A DNA stretch of 64,000 nt. It comes from Octopus vulgaris (Eukaryota). The position numbers and the translations under genes were made by a program. Where the stretch lies: the NCBI GenBank assembly GCA_951406725.2, contig OX597817.1:113832001-113896000 (forward strand). Direction: 5' to 3'. Each line of letters starts with the position of its first letter. Position 1 is the first letter of the stretch. Shown here in pieces: positions 12,828 to 26,013 of the stretch. The notes beneath the pieces are model-generated. The model made no database searches, had not been told where the DNA came from, and worked only from the letters and a program-made list of their open reading frames with translations.

Positions 12828-13223
12828 GGTGCAGGCATGGCTGTGTGGCCAGAAATTTACTTCCCAACCACATAGTCTCAGGTTCAGTCCCACTGCATGG
12901 CATCTTAAGCAAGTGTCTTCTACTATAGCCTAGAGGCTGACCAAAGCCTTGTGAGTGAATTTGGTGGATGGAAACTGAAAGAAGCCCATTGTATATGTGT
13001 GTATCTTTGTGTCCATGTTTGTCTCCCACCACCACCACTTGACAACTGGCATTGGTATGTTTACATTCCCATGATTTAGTGGGTGGGCAAATGGGGACCA
13101 AAGAGAATAAGTACCAGGCTTAGAAAAAGAAAATAAGTACTAGGGTTGAATAGATTGACTAAAATTTCTCAAGGCAGCGTCCCAGCATAGTTGCAGTCTA
13201 ATGATTCAAACAGAAGATAAAAG
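12828..13223 (+). mobile_element. SINE family A, full length
   Basis: Collinear with 45385-45800; A-box-like GGCTGTGTGG, B-box-like GGTTCAGTCCC, tail CCCAGCAT...CAGTCTAATGA. Confidence 0.9.
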
Positions 13224-13317
13224 GTGTGTGTGCCTGTGTGTGTGTAGATAAATGTACAAGCTACGTTTCCATATGTAGAGCCCCATTATTGAATTGTCAC
13301 GTTGAATTTATTCAAGA

Positions 13318-13711
13318 GGCACAGGCATGACCATGTGATTTTCAAGTTTGCTTCACAACCATATGGTTCAAGCTAATTCTCACTACCTAGCACTATGAAC
13401 AGATTTTTTTTTACTGTTGACTCATAGTCTCGGGTTAACTAATACATTTGAGTAAAATTGGTTGGGAGAAACTATATGGAAGTAATTGTGTCTTTGTGCA
13501 TCTGTTTGCCATCACTATTTGCACATTACGTAAAAACAATCTCACCACAAAAACATACCCAAACACTGAACATTTCATTGTTTGAAAGACCAGGGGAAAT
13601 ACTACCTTACTTGGAAACAAGTGTAGGTTGGTAACTGTAAAGGAACCTGGTTAGAACAAGATTACCTCAGTCAGTGTTGTTTAGTCCAGTAGGCATTAAA
13701 ACAATGAAGAT
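13318..13711 (+). mobile_element. Decayed composite SINE (A head + D body + C-like tail)
   Basis: GGCACAGGCATGACCATGTG head; GGGGAAATACTACCTTACTTGGAAACAAGTGTAGGTTGG body as in 33877-34285. Confidence 0.6.
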
Positions 13712-13813
13712 AACAATATTCATACACACACACATGGTGAAAACAGCATGCAGCAATGGTAAACACCATGGTGCTTAACACACAGGCACAGAGCATAATG
13801 TCTGTTTGTTTTT

Positions 13814-13912
13814 GTCTGTCTGTCTGTCTATCTATCAATCAATCAATATCTATCTATCAATCAATATCTATCTATCAATCAATATCTATCTGTCTGTCTA
13901 TCTATCTAGCTA
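13814..13912. repeat. Compound (TCTG)/(TCTA)/(TCAA) tetranucleotide repeat
   Basis: Read directly. Confidence 0.9.
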
Positions 13913-14221
13913 TCTTGTTTCCATAGCCTGGTTTCTTACTAGTGTCCAGATGTTTGGACACTGAAACCTTCAGCAGACTTTTATAGCAGACTGTTGGAGA
14001 TTGCTGCATCCAAATTCCTGGATTCTAATATGAAACTATTACACAGAAACAACAACAGGCACAAAACATAAACACATGCTAATTTTACATTATTTACACA
14101 CATACATACCACCTACCTTGTTTTATTTGATCTAATTTGGGTTGAATAAGAGACATCCCACTTAATGTGACTTTTCTAAGAAGTAAAATTATGATTATTC
14201 ACATATCATGCTACGTAAATT

Positions 14222-14437
14222 AAGGCGGTGAGTTGGCAGAATTGTTAGCGCATTGAGCAAAATGTTTAGTGACATTTTGTCTGTAAGTTCTTAGTTCAAA
14301 TTCTGCTGAGGTTGAATTTACCTTTCATCCTTTACTGGTCAATAAAATAAGTACCAGTTAATCATTGGGGGTTGATGAAATTGACTTACTTCTGCTCCCA
14401 AAATTGCTGACCTTGTGCCAAAATTTGAAATCATTAT
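14222..14437 (+). mobile_element. SINE family B, full length
   Basis: AAGGCGGTGAGTTGGCAGAATTGTTAG...GTTCAAATTCTG...CCTTTCATCCTTT...AAAATAAGTACCAG...CCTTGTGCCAAAATTTGAAATCATTAT. Confidence 0.85.
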
Positions 14438-14862
14438 GCTATGTATATTAGCATACAAACATAAGCATGATTCTTCTTAATTGATATTTTCAAAGATAAA
14501 AATTCAAAAAATGAAAACAAAGAGATAACATTGCCATCCGGAAACACTTATACAATGGATATATTTCATATTTTAGTATATCTAGATTAATTACAAACTA
14601 CACAATTTAATGCAAACTTAGCTCGATTAGAAAATTAAAACACTTAGTACTTTTCTATCTTTATCAACTAAGCAGATTTATGATTGCTTTTCATAGCTTT
14701 AGAACTTCTAATCCCATATGCTATCATCTAATATCTATTTTCCCCACTTCTCTCTTACACAAGTAAATATAAGTTAAAATGTTCTCCTTTATAGCTGGAT
14801 GATATCTATATGAAGTGGTTTGTAGTAGAATCAAATTACACAGTTGAATATATCTACTAATG

Positions 14863-15135
14863 TTATTGTTAAGTCTAAGGCTTATTCTGACCCAACAGGT
14901 CTATGATCAAAAGTTCATCAGCCAAGGTGCAGTCTTTTTCTATATCTACGACTTTATTGTAGTTGATGCTTAGCCCCAAATGCACTGAGTAAACCTATGA
15001 CCAGAGGCAAACTTGTCCCTTTTTTTTTTTTTTTTTTAAATTCCCTTTTTTAATTTTATTTTTAGGTGGTAGAGTATGACTGAAGTTTGTTATTTCTAGC
15101 AGGTTGAATGACCATGTAGCTGCTCCTTTGTTTGA
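14863..15135 (-). mobile_element. Two tandem partial copies of family E
   Basis: (G/A)(G/A)YCTATGA(T/C)CA(A/G)A motif twice, then TATTTCTAGCAGGTTGAATGACCATGTAG. Confidence 0.55.
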
Positions 15136-16082
15136 TCATATATGTACTATAAATCTATACGGTGTGATAATATGTATAAACAAGTCAGTTGTAACAAATG
15201 TTCTTTAAAGTGAAAGAAACAATAACTACACAAGATTGTATGAGTCAGTAAATGTTTGTATAGGAATTCAATTAATGGACATTTAAAGCTAAACCCGAAT
15301 CAATAATTAAAAATAAGCTAGCATGCTGGTAGCAATGAAACAACTATGCAGACAAGGAATTTATTGAAAAGAAGAGGGGGGGGTCATTACTCTGTTACAA
15401 CTCTGTAAATAAGAACTGGTCACAACATATATGCATGATGTGTGAAATTTAACTGGCCTAAACATCTCTTTCAAGTTTTACATTGATTCTTGTAATGCAA
15501 TGAAACACAGTATGATGTCTGATTCACTATAAGGGACAGCATTCTATGAAAAGGTTCATTTGCTCTAATAATTCTCCATTTCAGTGAACAGCACTTTAAA
15601 GTTTTCGCCAAGACTGAATGTGCATGGATTAGAGAAAAGAATTCCAAAAGACTTGCTATTGGTCAAAGACAATGGAGACGGGTAGGAAGGAGAGGAGAAA
15701 GACTGTAACTATATTTAGACTAAAAATTCTTGTTCTTCAAAAATACTGAATAAAAAGCGAGAGGAAAATAATTCTCGATCCTTTTTGAAAAAAATAGACC
15801 ATAAAGGAAAAATAGCCAGGACTAACATATAATGTTTAGATCTTGGGGAATTTAGTCCATTGATCTCAGCTATTAAATGAGTCAGACTGATAGAAATATG
15901 CATGAGAGCAAAAGTCACAGCTGGTCAATTAAGTCAACAGGCTTATTTTCTTTTTCTCTCCTTCTCTCTCTTTTACAGACACAAAGAAGTGGAGAGAGAG
16001 TGAGAGAAAGAGAATTGATGATTCATATCATACCTAGAGATGACGGTTATAATAACTAAGGAAAGGGTTAAGAGTACTTGCT

Positions 16083-16142
16083 AAATCCACCTTGCTGTAA
16101 ATAAGCAGCTCAAAATCCATCTTGCTGTAAATGAGCAACTCA
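16083..16142. repeat. 30-bp tandem duplication
   Basis: AAATCCACCTTGCTGTAAATAAGCAGCTCA then AAATCCATCTTGCTGTAAATGAGCAACTCA (3 mismatches). Confidence 0.9.
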
Positions 16143-16542
16143 AGTTTTACAACTGTATACACAGAACCAATGTTTTATTAACAAATGTTCTGTTATCATG
16201 CAATGCTGAGATGAAATCTTACCATGTATATTAGAGTAGATAAGAGGAAACCACTCCTATATAGCTTCCTCATGAGATCCTGAAATCAATTACATTTCCA
16301 AGAGTTCACACTTTTTGCAATAGCTTCAAAAGCACAAAACAGTTAATAGGAGAGAAGATTAGAACAGTCTGTCTGAAACAATGAAAATCTGAGATAAATA
16401 ATTTGAAGCAGATTTGCACACTTTAGCATATAAGGGCTTCTTTCAGAGCCTCAGTTTTCAAGATAAAAATACCTTCCCTGATTATCAAACCCAATCTTTT
16501 GACAATGTTCAGAACTTGTATATCCCCCCCCTCTCTCTCTCT

Positions 16543-16584
<42 letters not shown>

Positions 16585-17817
16585 GGAAGGTTTTTTTCTT
16601 AAATGGTTCTTGAAATTAAAAGATACTTTTGTATTTCAGTTTTTATAAATGGAATTTTCCATATCATGATATTAAAGGGCATTTCAACCCAGTGAAAGTG
16701 CAACAAAAATAACCCCCATTATTATATAAATTCAATTCTTTTACACATGAAAAATACAGTTTCGCTTGTGTCAGAATTGAGAGAATTTTCATAGTTAGCA
16801 TTAAAAACACATACAAACGATTTCTGATATACATGGGTCAGATGTATGATTGGAGAGTAACTTTTAAGTCTTTCTTAAGAACATTAAGTGAACACTAAGT
16901 TCATCAGCCAAGGTGTCCAACTGGGAATCAAACTTGGGTTTTCAAGTAAGTCAAGTTAAGAATTTATTGCCACACCTACAGACTTACAATACAAGTTGGA
17001 GAGAGGATTCCTTCAGATGAATTTTTTCACCTAAAAATTGAGATGATAGATTCAGTTAGATTATCTTTTTTAAAACAAATTAGGAAGAGAATTTGCCAGC
17101 CATGTAAACTGAGGTAAGTAGAGTTATGGACCCTGTTCAATAGTAGATTGCAATAGTTGCAATAGCTTTTGAATTCATGCTCATGTGTTTGTTAGTAGCT
17201 CAAGAAGAAAATCTCATAGCTATTGTGTTGCATGTCATTGTGTATAGATTATAATAGTGAAATATGATTTTCTAGTAGCCAATAAAGCATTCATGAGAGA
17301 AATATGCCTATACTCCTGAGCAAAACATTATCAACTGGTTGGTTTTTCTAGAGAATTGAGTTTTACTGGTATGCTGACTGTGTTTACATATGTGTTTGTG
17401 TGTACATTTGTCTTGCTATCATATTATGGTTGTAAATGAGTATTACCCTCATACAAGTGGCGGTGTCCCTTTCAAGTCTTCTGTGGAAAACATGTCTGGG
17501 CATGGAAAATATTACCTAGCTTGTTGGACGTTAAATGAAGATAATGATGATGATATACATATATGTGTGATCATGTGGAAATAGATACATTAACATCTAC
17601 TTAAATATAGTTTCAACTGGCGAAACATTTAACACATCTCACTGATAGCATTTATATTCTGGCAGACACTACATCCCTCACTCGCCACCCACACACATAA
17701 ATGTTAATTAAGAAAGCATAACAAGAAACTGCAAAAAGGAAATAACATACATTATTACCAGGAATGTACTTTGTGTGAATCTAATGACCTAGCCTTTAGT
17801 GGTCATTATTATTATCA

Positions 17818-17856
<39 letters not shown>

Positions 17857-18460
17857 ATAGTTTCCCATATCTCACATGATCAACAATTAGAATACTTGTG
17901 TCTTACAAGTACAAACCAACCATCATAGATATGTAGATATGAAAAAGCTCAATGTGATATCTTTCTTTCCTAAATATAATTTCCAAAGCCACGGATGGTT
18001 TTGGAGATATGTGCACTTATATTGGTGCTTAGTTTCAGTTCATTGTTTGAAACTGATGAGATATAAATATCTCAACAACTTCCCCAAGTATAATGGCACT
18101 ACTGTATTACAACTAGCATTCTTAGAAGATGTCATTATACTGATTTCCAACAGTTAGGTGAACTGAGACAACAGAGAATTGTTTAACAAAACATATCCAG
18201 CCATAGATTCAAAACAAGACAAAATAGACAGCTGTGTTCGAAATTAGTTTGCTGACTATTATACATATATGAGCTATAGTTCATAACAATGTTATTTATA
18301 TAGGTAAAAAAACCAGTAAATTCTTTAGATATTTAATATCCCTTAGGTGGTTATTTAACACCTAACTGAATTTTTATCATATATATACAGACACTCACAC
18401 ACAAATATATATATATATATGTATATATATATGTGTGTGTGTGTGTGTATGTGTATATGT

Positions 18461-18791
18461 ATATTCTATTATTCCTTCACTTGTTTCAGTCATTTGACTG
18501 CAACCATGCTGGAACACTGCCTTAAAGGGTTTTACTCGAAGAAATTGAACCCCAGGATAGGGTCACTGATAAGGTCACCAAGTACTTGCAAGACAAATAT
18601 ATACACATATCATATATATATATATATATATATATGACAGCCTTCTTTCAGTTTCTGTCTACGAAATCCACTCACAAGGCTTTGGTTGGCCTGAGGCTAT
18701 AGTAGAAGACACTTGCCCAAGGTGCCATGCAGTGGGACTGAACCCAGTACCATGTGGTTGGGAAGTAAGCTTCTTACCACACAGCCATGCC
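18461..18791 (-). mobile_element. SINE family A, internally deleted
   Basis: Well-preserved head CTTTCAGTTTCTGTCTAC...GGGACTGAACCCAG...CACACAGCCATGCC and tail CTTGTTTCAGTCATTTGACTGC. Confidence 0.9.
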
Positions 18792-18800
18792 ATATATGTT

Positions 18801-19128
18801 TATATATGTGTGTGTGTACATACATTTATATATATATATATATATATATATACATACATATATATATACATACATTTATATATACATATATATATAAATG
18901 TACGTGTCTGTGTACGTGTGTGTATATATATATATATATGATGATGATGATGATATATATATACGTATATATACATATATATATATAACATACATACATT
19001 TATATATACATATATATACATACATTTATATATACATATATATACATACATTTATATATACATATATATATAAATGTACACATATATATATATATATGAC
19101 TGTGTGTGTGTGTGTTATATATATATAT
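18801..19128. repeat. Compound (TA)/(CA)/(TG) microsatellite with recurring ACATACATTTATATATACATATATAT units
   Basis: Read directly. Confidence 0.95.
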
Positions 19129-19329
19129 AAAAAAAAAAAAAACAGTACACAGACACGGAACCTAAATAAAATCACTTGTCAATATTTATATACAACCTGT
19201 GATAAAAAAAAAAAAAATGAAGATAAATACATGGGAAACCAACCTATGAATTACAATTGATCTTTTAATCTATAAATGTACGTATGATGAACAACAAAAG
19301 GGTCTCAGATAAAAGCCCAATAACATATC

Positions 19330-20050
19330 AGAAATAGACCGTATTACTGGAGTGAAGAGTTGGGGCGAGGTAATAATGTTAGCTTCAAATTTTCTCATCA
19401 ATTCTTTTTTTCTTAGTCAACAAAAAAATAACCAAAACATAAAACATTCATGTAGCTTCAAGATTGCATTTTAATTTTACAAGTAGACATGAAATTGAAA
19501 TAAATCACCATGACAACAACGAGAAATAAATACACTTTAAAAATAATCGCGCGCGCGCACGCTTTTATATCCACGCGACAGAGGAGGAGGAGGAGGAGAT
19601 AAGGTGAGTGCAGCAGCTGGTTATGTTTTATTAATGGAATGTTGCTTCTTCCTTCCCTTTTCTCTGTCTCACTGCAACCTCTGAGAATCACCAACAGTAA
19701 CAACAGCAATATTAATCATCACCACTATCAAAAAACCAACAACAACAACAACAATCGTTGCCACCCCCGTCGTCGTTTCTCTTTGCGTTATTAAGAAATA
19801 TATTCATAGGCTCTTTGGGGGAAGACAGTTGTAAACAGGCACCGAAGGGAAGGGTAAAGAAGGAGGAAGGAAGAAGAAAGAAGGTAGTTCAGATGTTTCA
19901 CACTGCATCACTGACAAACAAATACGAGATGCAGGGCACAAAACAAAAAAAAAAAAACAACAACAAAAAACGCAAAAAAATCAGCCTAGAAAGACAACAC
20001 AGAAAGGAAAGAAGAAAAAAAGTCAGCAACAGTAGATTTAGCTTCGCTGC
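19330..20050. promoter_or_regulatory. CpG-rich promoter or 5'UTR-like island with minus-strand TATA box
   Basis: CGCGCGCGCGCACG, CCACGCGAC and CCGTCGTCG in an otherwise CpG-poor window; TATAAAAG on minus at 19569-19562; AAG|GTGAGT donor on plus at 19603/19604. Confidence 0.5.
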
Positions 20051-20430
20051 TGCTACTACTGTTGCTTAGTAGTAATTCTGATATTTTTTTTTTTATCTTG
20101 AGGTAGATGAGTGATAGAGGGGAAGGAGCAGAAAAAGAAAGAGAGATCAATACATTTACTAAGAATGGAATACAGAGATTCATAATGATCCTAATACACC
20201 CTCCTCCTTATCTTTTTTTCTTTCTTTCTTTCCCCTACCCCTTGTTTTTATTTTGCATCTTAGTCTCCTCCCTTCCTTTCTTATTCAAAAGGCTTATATT
20301 CTTTATATATTTCACTCTGCTTCACTGCTTTTATCTCATCGTTACATATAGAAAAAACAACAATAAAAAGACAACCCAACCAAAAGCATAAAAAAAGATG
20401 ACAAGAACCACCATCACCACCACCACCATA

Positions 20431-20434
<4 letters not shown>

Positions 20435-20473
<39 letters not shown>
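20435..20473. repeat. (AAT)13 microsatellite
   Basis: Read directly. Confidence 0.97.
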
Positions 20474-20476
<3 letters not shown>

Positions 20477-20862
20477 ATGCAATAAAAAAAAAATACCAGA
20501 GAGAAGAGATTCTAGATTAATAAATACCAGAGAGAAGAGAGGGGAGATATTGTTTTTGATGTTTATAATCAAAAAAGGTCTTTGTAACAGATTTGGAAGT
20601 GAGAGGGAAGGAAAGAAGGAAGGAAAGGAGGAAGGAAGGAAGGAAGGAAAAGTAAATAGCAAAGTGAAATCAATAGTTCTTTAAAAACTGTCCACTGGCA
20701 TTCCAGCTCATCCTATTACAGAGCTAACTGGTCAGCTGAGATAAATTTACACTTTACCAATAGAGGCATACAAGTGTCTCTTGAGGAAATAAAAAATACC
20801 ATCATTTTCAAACCAGTGATGTGGCGCTTATTGAATTTCTGACACTATTATTAATTCAAAAG

Positions 20863-20957
20863 ATGTGTGTGTGTGTGTATAATACACACACACACACACT
20901 TATATATACATACACACACATGTATATGCACATACATATATATATATATACATACAT

Positions 20958-20988
<31 letters not shown>

Positions 20989-20995
20989 CATACAT

Positions 20996-21026
<31 letters not shown>

Positions 21027-21033
21027 CATACAT

Positions 21034-21066
<33 letters not shown>

Positions 21067-21182
21067 CATACATACATACACACACACACATATACATACA
21101 CACACATATATGCACATACATATATATATATATACACATACACACACATATATACATACATACACACACACATATACATATG
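20863..21182. repeat. Compound (CA)n/(TA)n microsatellite
   Basis: Read directly; source of several spurious HT/YI/VC ORFs. Confidence 0.97.
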
Positions 21183-21950
21183 CAACATACACAAACTCAA
21201 ATACACAAGTAGACAAATATACAAACAACAGGTGCAGCGGGCATGACTGTGTGGTAAGAAGCTTGCACCTTGGGAAAGTGTCTTCTAAACCTTGGGCCAT
21301 ATATATATATATATGCTAATATATATATATATATATATTAGCAGATGTCTGCGTATTTGTATGTCTGTAGATAATACCAATGAGGGAGTGAGAGGGGAGA
21401 GAAAGAAAGAGTCAAGCAAAGTGAGGAAGTGTCTCCACTTCTCATCCTTTATCTCTTCATTTGGCACAATGTTTTTCGATAGAGGGAGAAATGTAAATAA
21501 TGAGAGTTAGAGAGAGAGAGACAGAGTGAAAGAAACAGAGATTAAAAGAGAGGAACTATTACAGAGGGTGAGGGAGAAAATGTGTTAGTGAGAGAAACAC
21601 AGAATGAGAAAAAGACAAAGAGAGAAAGAAACAGAGAGAGAAAACAAGTTTCTATAGAAGTTGAAAGAGAAGAGAATAGCAGGAGAGAGAGAGAGAGATG
21701 CTGATGTTTGATATTGTATGTTATGTTCTATAGGTGAATGTGAAAGACGGCACAAACAGAGGGGGAAAGCAAGAGACAAAGAGACATTGATGTTTGATAC
21801 TGTGTGTGTGTATGTGTGTGCGCGCGTGCATGCATGTGGCATTCTACAGTTGCTATTTATTTCAATCACTCTTGTGAAGATATTCACGTAACTTTCACTC
21901 ATTTTTCCATTTAATTCCCATTTTAATTTTCAAAACAGTTTCTGAGAAAA

Positions 21951-22330
21951 ATGTTTACACTCTCTACAAGAGGAGACGGGTTAGATGTGGCTGATCAGTA
22001 TTCTACAGTGAAGCAAAGACAAGTACAGGTAGCCAGAGTAAGATCGCTAGAGACCCCTGCACAACGACAGCATAGATATGAAAATGACCAAAGGAGAGAT
22101 GCTGCATGTAGGGCCAATGAGTCACAAGAGGCATAGGAAAAACAGTTAGAACAATTATGTCAGCAAAATGCCAAGAGTCAAAAAAGGAAAGAGAAAATGT
22201 TTAAAGGATGCAAAGACAAAAACAAGCTGCCAGAGTTGCCAATGAGACAATAGGTCAGTGAGAGACAGAAAAACCCAAAGGAGCAAGATCTGATGAAATA
22301 AAAGCATGCATTGTCTTCACACTTATGGAA
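21951..22330 (+). pseudogene. Probable Helitron RepHel N-terminal charged-repeat region, decayed
   Basis: ARVRSLETPAQRQHR...RANESQEA resembles the R-x-x-E-T/S-P-E-Q-R repeats of animal Helitron N-termini; same strand and directly upstream of the helicase fragment. Confidence 0.5.
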
Positions 22331-22399
22331 TAAAGTACAGAAATTCTCCTTCAATACTAGCATGGGGATCAATGTGTAAAATAGTTTTCAACCTGGTGT

Positions 22400-22955
22400 C
22401 TCCAATTAAGAAATGGGAAAGTACCATTTGATGGGAATGGTTATATCAATTTGGCTCCTATCACTATCGTGGTGAATTCCCCAGCTGAATTGAAGAACAG
22501 GGTACCTCCAGACTTAAGTAATAATTATAATTCACATAAATGGCTGTGTGATAGGGCAATTCTTGCTCCAACAAATGAGACAGTAGCAAGGATTAACCAT
22601 GAATTAACAAATAAGATTCCAACAGTCATTAAAAAGTACAAATCAGTTGATTCAGCCCTTGATGAAAATCAAGCTGTCCATTACTCAACAGAGTTCCTAA
22701 ATTCTCTTGAGCCACCTGGAACTCCTCAACATAAACTTTTTCTGAAGTAGGAGTCTCAATAATGCTTCTAAGAAATGTAGATCTTCCTAAATTTTGCAAC
22801 GGGATAAGGTTGATTGTGAAGACATTATCACCTAATGTAATAGAAGCTACTATCATCACTGGATGTGCCTCTGGGGAAGTGGTTTTCATTCCAAGAATTC
22901 CAATCAAATCAACAGATATGTCATTTGAATTCAAACAAAGACAATTCCTAGTGAA
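22400..22955 (+). pseudogene. Helitron PIF1-family helicase C-terminal fragment, frameshifted
   Basis: GKVPFD...WLCDRAILAPTNETVARIN...EFLNSLEPPGTPQHKLFLK / MLLRNVDLPKFCNGIRLIV...VFIPRIP...FEFKQRQFLV match Helitron/PIF1 motifs RAILAPxN, MLLRNL, LCNGTRL, IPRI and FKRRQFPV. Confidence 0.92.
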
Positions 22956-23589
22956 CTTAAACATCTTTGCAGGATTTCTGGCTTGTTTAGATTTTTTTTA
23001 GAGTCCTGAATCAATGGGAAGATGGTAATGTGTGTAACCTGACAAGACAGAGGCAAACATTCACCAAACCCAACCCAAGTTCATTTTGCTTTTTATCCTC
23101 CTCAGATCCATAAAATAAGTACAATTGTGAATGTAATCAACTATACAAGAGGAGGTGCTCCAGCAAGACCACACACACATTGCTATGATTAAAACCAATA
23201 AAAGCTAAATAACTGAAACAAAGTCAAGGATGTTCTTTGCTAGGAGATTATTCCTATTTTATGACAGTGATTTCTTTAGTTTAGGTACAAGGCCTAATTT
23301 TTGTAAAGGAAATGTGTTGTGCGGGTTGGAACAGGAGGGTGGAAGGATATATGATCGATTGAATCAAATACCAGAATTCACTATTCTTTATTTTATGAAT
23401 CTAAATAGTTGAAAGGCAGAGTCAACTGACACCGAGAAAGGGGATGGGGAGAGATTTTTAACTCAAAATATGGCAACATTGAAACAAGATGCCAGTATTT
23501 ATCATCATCATCATCATCAATTTTTAATTCTTCACTGTTCTAAATCTAAGTGTGTGTTTATGTGTACAGATGTACATATACATACACAT

Positions 23590-23640
<51 letters not shown>

Positions 23641-24353
23641 AATATATGCAGATATATATTATTCTATGTTTCAGCTCTAAAACTATTGGTTTAGCACATA
23701 TATTAAATATTGATTAATCATCATGAATGTCCTCCTTCCTCCAAAGGAATACAGTTTTAAAATGTCTATCATTTAGAATACATGGGTATTTCTTTGTTTT
23801 TTTTTCTTTTCTTTTTTTTTTTTTTATTGCTATTTCTATCTATATATTTTCAAATTAAAAAAATATAAATGCTGAATAAATAAAAACCAAAATACTAAAT
23901 TATGAAATCTTTGAACTTCAAAATGAAATAAAAAAAATAATCAATTCATACATTCCTTTACTGATTCAGAACATGATTTTTCTATCGGCAAGCCTCAAAT
24001 TTTTAGCCTTTTCCACACTGTGCAGTTCATATCACTCATGAATTGGATAAATGTTTTATCAATATCACATGCTTATGAAATGAAATTATAGCAACAAATC
24101 AATAAGGAAGCTTCTACATTATGACATCACTTGCTAGAAAAAGAAGTCTAATCTCCTTCAAATCACAATATATTGTCTTAAATAAAAGAAGGTAAGACTG
24201 ATTTTATTGTTCATGTTAACATTGAAGTTCAGCACAGTATAGATCAAGTAACACAATATTATTATTATCATCAGTTTAATGTCCACTTTTCCATGCTTGC
24301 ATGGTTTGGGCAGAGTTTATTTACACACACACACACACACACATACACACACA

Positions 24354-24605
24354 GTAGTTGTGGTTGTTGCCAGTTCCATGTAAATGACACCTACCCATGA
24401 ATCGTAGTTGCGGTTGTTGCTGGTGTCATGTAAATGGCACCTGTGCCAGGGGTATGTAAAAGCACCCATTACACTCCTGGAATGGTTGGCATTAGGAAGG
24501 GCATCAGTTGTAGAAACCATGCCAAATCAGACTGGAACCTGGTGCAGCTCTGCAGTTCGTCAAACTGTCTAACCCATGCCACCATGGAGAGTTGATGATG
24601 ATGAT
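24354..24605 (+). mobile_element. SINE family C
   Basis: GGTTGGCATTAGGAAGGGCATCAGTTGTAGAAACC...AACCCATGCCACCATGG...GATGATGATG; two tandem CATGTAAATG(A/G)CACC subunits. Confidence 0.8.
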
Positions 24606-24620
24606 TATATACACACACAC

Positions 24621-24763
24621 TTCTTTCAGTTTCTGTCAACGAAATATACCCAAGAGGCTTTGGGGCAGTAGTAGAAGATACTTAATCAAGGTACCATGCA
24701 GTGGGACTGAACTCAGAACCATGTGGTTGGGAAGCTAACTTCTTATTACATAGCCATGCCTGC
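24621..24763 (-). mobile_element. SINE family A head
   Basis: GTACCATGCAGTGGGACTGAACTCAGAACCATGTGGTTGGGAAG. Confidence 0.85.
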
Positions 24764-25961
24764 TTCAGCATAATTGAGATCTGTCTATGTTCTGTGATTT
24801 CTGTGTGGGAGAAGATTTTAGCATCTGGATGCATTTCAACAGCATGTTGCAGTATCAAGTTTACTATATAAGTGAACAGGGTAACAGATACCAGGTATGA
24901 TGCATCCTTGATGTATATCATTACATAATTTAAAAAAACCAATCTCTTCATTGCAAGTTCTGACATTGGTGTGAGTACATCTCTACAGATAAATGTCAGA
25001 AAGACATGCCATGTCTTTACATGTTCCAAACAAGAAGAAAGTAATCACCTTGAACACCAAACACTTTGAAAAGAATAAATAATATGTTTCTTAGAAACTC
25101 CTTTCTAACAGGATCTGATCAAACAGATCAGGACTGCATTGAGCCCCAATGTTCAGTACTTGTGAGGTCACCAACTAACTCACAAGACAAATCCCCTAGA
25201 ATGTGTGGAACTGCAGTATTGAGAGAGGTGGCTTCATGCTAAGTGTTGAGAGGATGGGAGAAGATTCATTGCTGTGGAGAAGATACATGGCAAAGCCAGC
25301 TGGAAAGAGGGAAAGGATGTCAAAGATAAGGTGTCAGAACATGCCCTTAAGGCACAAGATGGTGGATAAAGAGAGAATAGGGACAAAAAATTGAGGACAG
25401 TTGGGCGACCTGGTTTACAAGAGTGTGAAAGGAAAGCGACAGATGGTTTGAGATGAGGATAGAAGTGAATGCAGTGAATGGTGAAAATGGGGAGAGGCAT
25501 AGTCAATGGTAAATCTCAGTTTCAAGGTGAAGGTAAAAGAAAATAGGAGTCAAAGAAGAGGATATGATAGGTGGCAATACATAAAGGGAAAAAGTGGAGA
25601 GCAACAGAATAATAAAATCACAGCTAGATGAGAAATAGCAAGATTATGTGCAGTGTGAGTGGGCAGTGGGAAGAGGGATACACAATGACAAAGATAGATG
25701 TCTGAGGTATATATGGGTAGCATTTCATAGTTTCCATCTACCAAATTTTATTCACACAGCTTTATTGCCAACACATTTATCCAAAATACTGCACAGTGTG
25801 ATCAAACCAAAAACTATATAGTTGTAAAGTGAACGTTTTTAGTAGACAGCCATTTCTACATCCAGATATACAAGAAAAGAAAAATGGAAATGGATTTAAA
25901 TTTAATGGTACTTATAAGAATAACATTGTTAACCAAGATATAACATCAAAGCAATATACAG

Positions 25962-26013
<52 letters not shown>

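Noticed and set aside
18053-18075. Hammerhead core CTGATGA with perfect stem GATAT/ATATC
   Set aside because: No GAAA after the stem and no stem III
20821-21319. ORFs of 90-150 aa
   Set aside because: Translations of (CA)/(TA) microsatellites; the same applies at 4800-5031, 7522-7743 and 18713-19260
21336-21365. Helitron terminus (rc CTGCTAAT with a small palindrome); also ATCTTTATATAAAAG near 40775
   Set aside because: Too degenerate; the 21336 motif is in the wrong orientation for the adjacent RepHel fragment
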